DNA of 63,954 bases, filler included, from Octopus bimaculoides (Eukaryota): assembly GCF_001194135.2 (NCBI RefSeq). It is 5 parts of 4 records of this genome, joined end to end, with 100 filler letters (N's around TTAATTAATTAA, not from the genome) between each part and the next. Parts side by side here need not be neighbours in the genome. Positions count along the whole stretch, not along the records: positions 61,987 to 63,954 come from NW_026353104.1; 4 more parts are not named here. One strand, given 5' to 3'. The notes beneath the pieces were generated by a model. The model did not search any database, had not been told where the DNA came from, and saw only the letters and a list, made by a program, of their open reading frames with translations. The translations under genes and the position numbers were made by a program. Position 1 is the first letter of the stretch, and each line of letters starts with the position of its first letter. Below are positions 63,185 through 63,954 of the stretch, in pieces.

Positions 63185-63954
63185 CACTCACATATGTGTA
63201 TAAATGTATATGAATATACGAACAAATACATATATTTACATATATACGTATAAATACGTTCACAGTATGTATATGTACGTATGTATGCACGTGTGTATAT
63301 ATGTGTGTATGTGTACACATACACACACACATACGCACGCGTACATATACGTGCACATACATACGTCAATATATATGTGTGTACAATATTTTTTTAATAG
63401 GAAATAAATACAAACCCCAAAACCGACATAACACCAATCACACAAACATTAGCCCCAAAAATTCCTTCATAAATTCATTTATTTATATTTTTATTCATAT
63501 ATTTATTCACCTCTCTCCTCCCCACTCTCTCTCCCCCGCTCACTCTCTCTCTCTCTCCCTCTTTTACATGCATAGCCTCATTGCTTTATATTATATATTT
63601 CATTTCTTATACAATATTTTGTTGTCTATGTTAGTTATTGTTTCGTTTCGTCTCGTTTGATTTCGTTTCGTCGTAGATATTTTATATTATTTTTTTGTCT
63701 TCATTAGTTTTCTTATTTCGTTGTACGTTTGGCTTGTGTTATGTGTTTTGTTTCAATGTTTGTCTATTTATTTATTTATTCTTTTTTGCTGTGTTTATGC
63801 GGTGGTGGTGGTGGTGGTCGGTGGAATTTGTTTCGTTTGATTTCTCTTTGATCATCATCGCTATACAAGATTTTTGTTTTTACAATATGTCAAGACGAAC
63901 ACAATCATTTTCGTGTGAGACATACTCGTGCGTGTGCGTGTGTGTGTGTGTGTG

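Noticed and set aside
104-63660. Most ORF-track entries (poly-HT, YI, LS, MYV, I or X runs)
   Set aside because: Translations of CA, TA, GA, TATG and TAA microsatellites, or read-through of N gaps.

Overview
AT-rich, microsatellite-dense animal genomic DNA with many N gaps; the SINE and LINE repertoire suggests an octopus or other coleoid cephalopod (inference). Only one host coding region is supported: the large terminal exon of ALG10 (15970-17031, +), whose 5' exons I could not find in the called bases. The rest is layered transposon debris: restriction-like-endonuclease (RLE) non-LTR retrotransposons, Tx1- and CR1-clade LINE fragments, Penelope-like remnants with hammerhead-ribozyme-like motifs, a fragmented Gypsy element, a decayed hAT transposase with an inverted partial duplicate, several MITEs and four abundant SINE-like families. 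The most interesting pattern is that different retroelement families associate with different microsatellites: R4/Dong types with (TAA)n, a distinct RLE family with (ACAT)n that has a covarying 3'-UTR stem-loop, and Tx1-like tails with (TATC)n. Nearly all other ORF-track entries are microsatellite or N-gap artefacts. All family assignments come from motif recognition by eye, with no database searches, and repeat boundaries are approximate.
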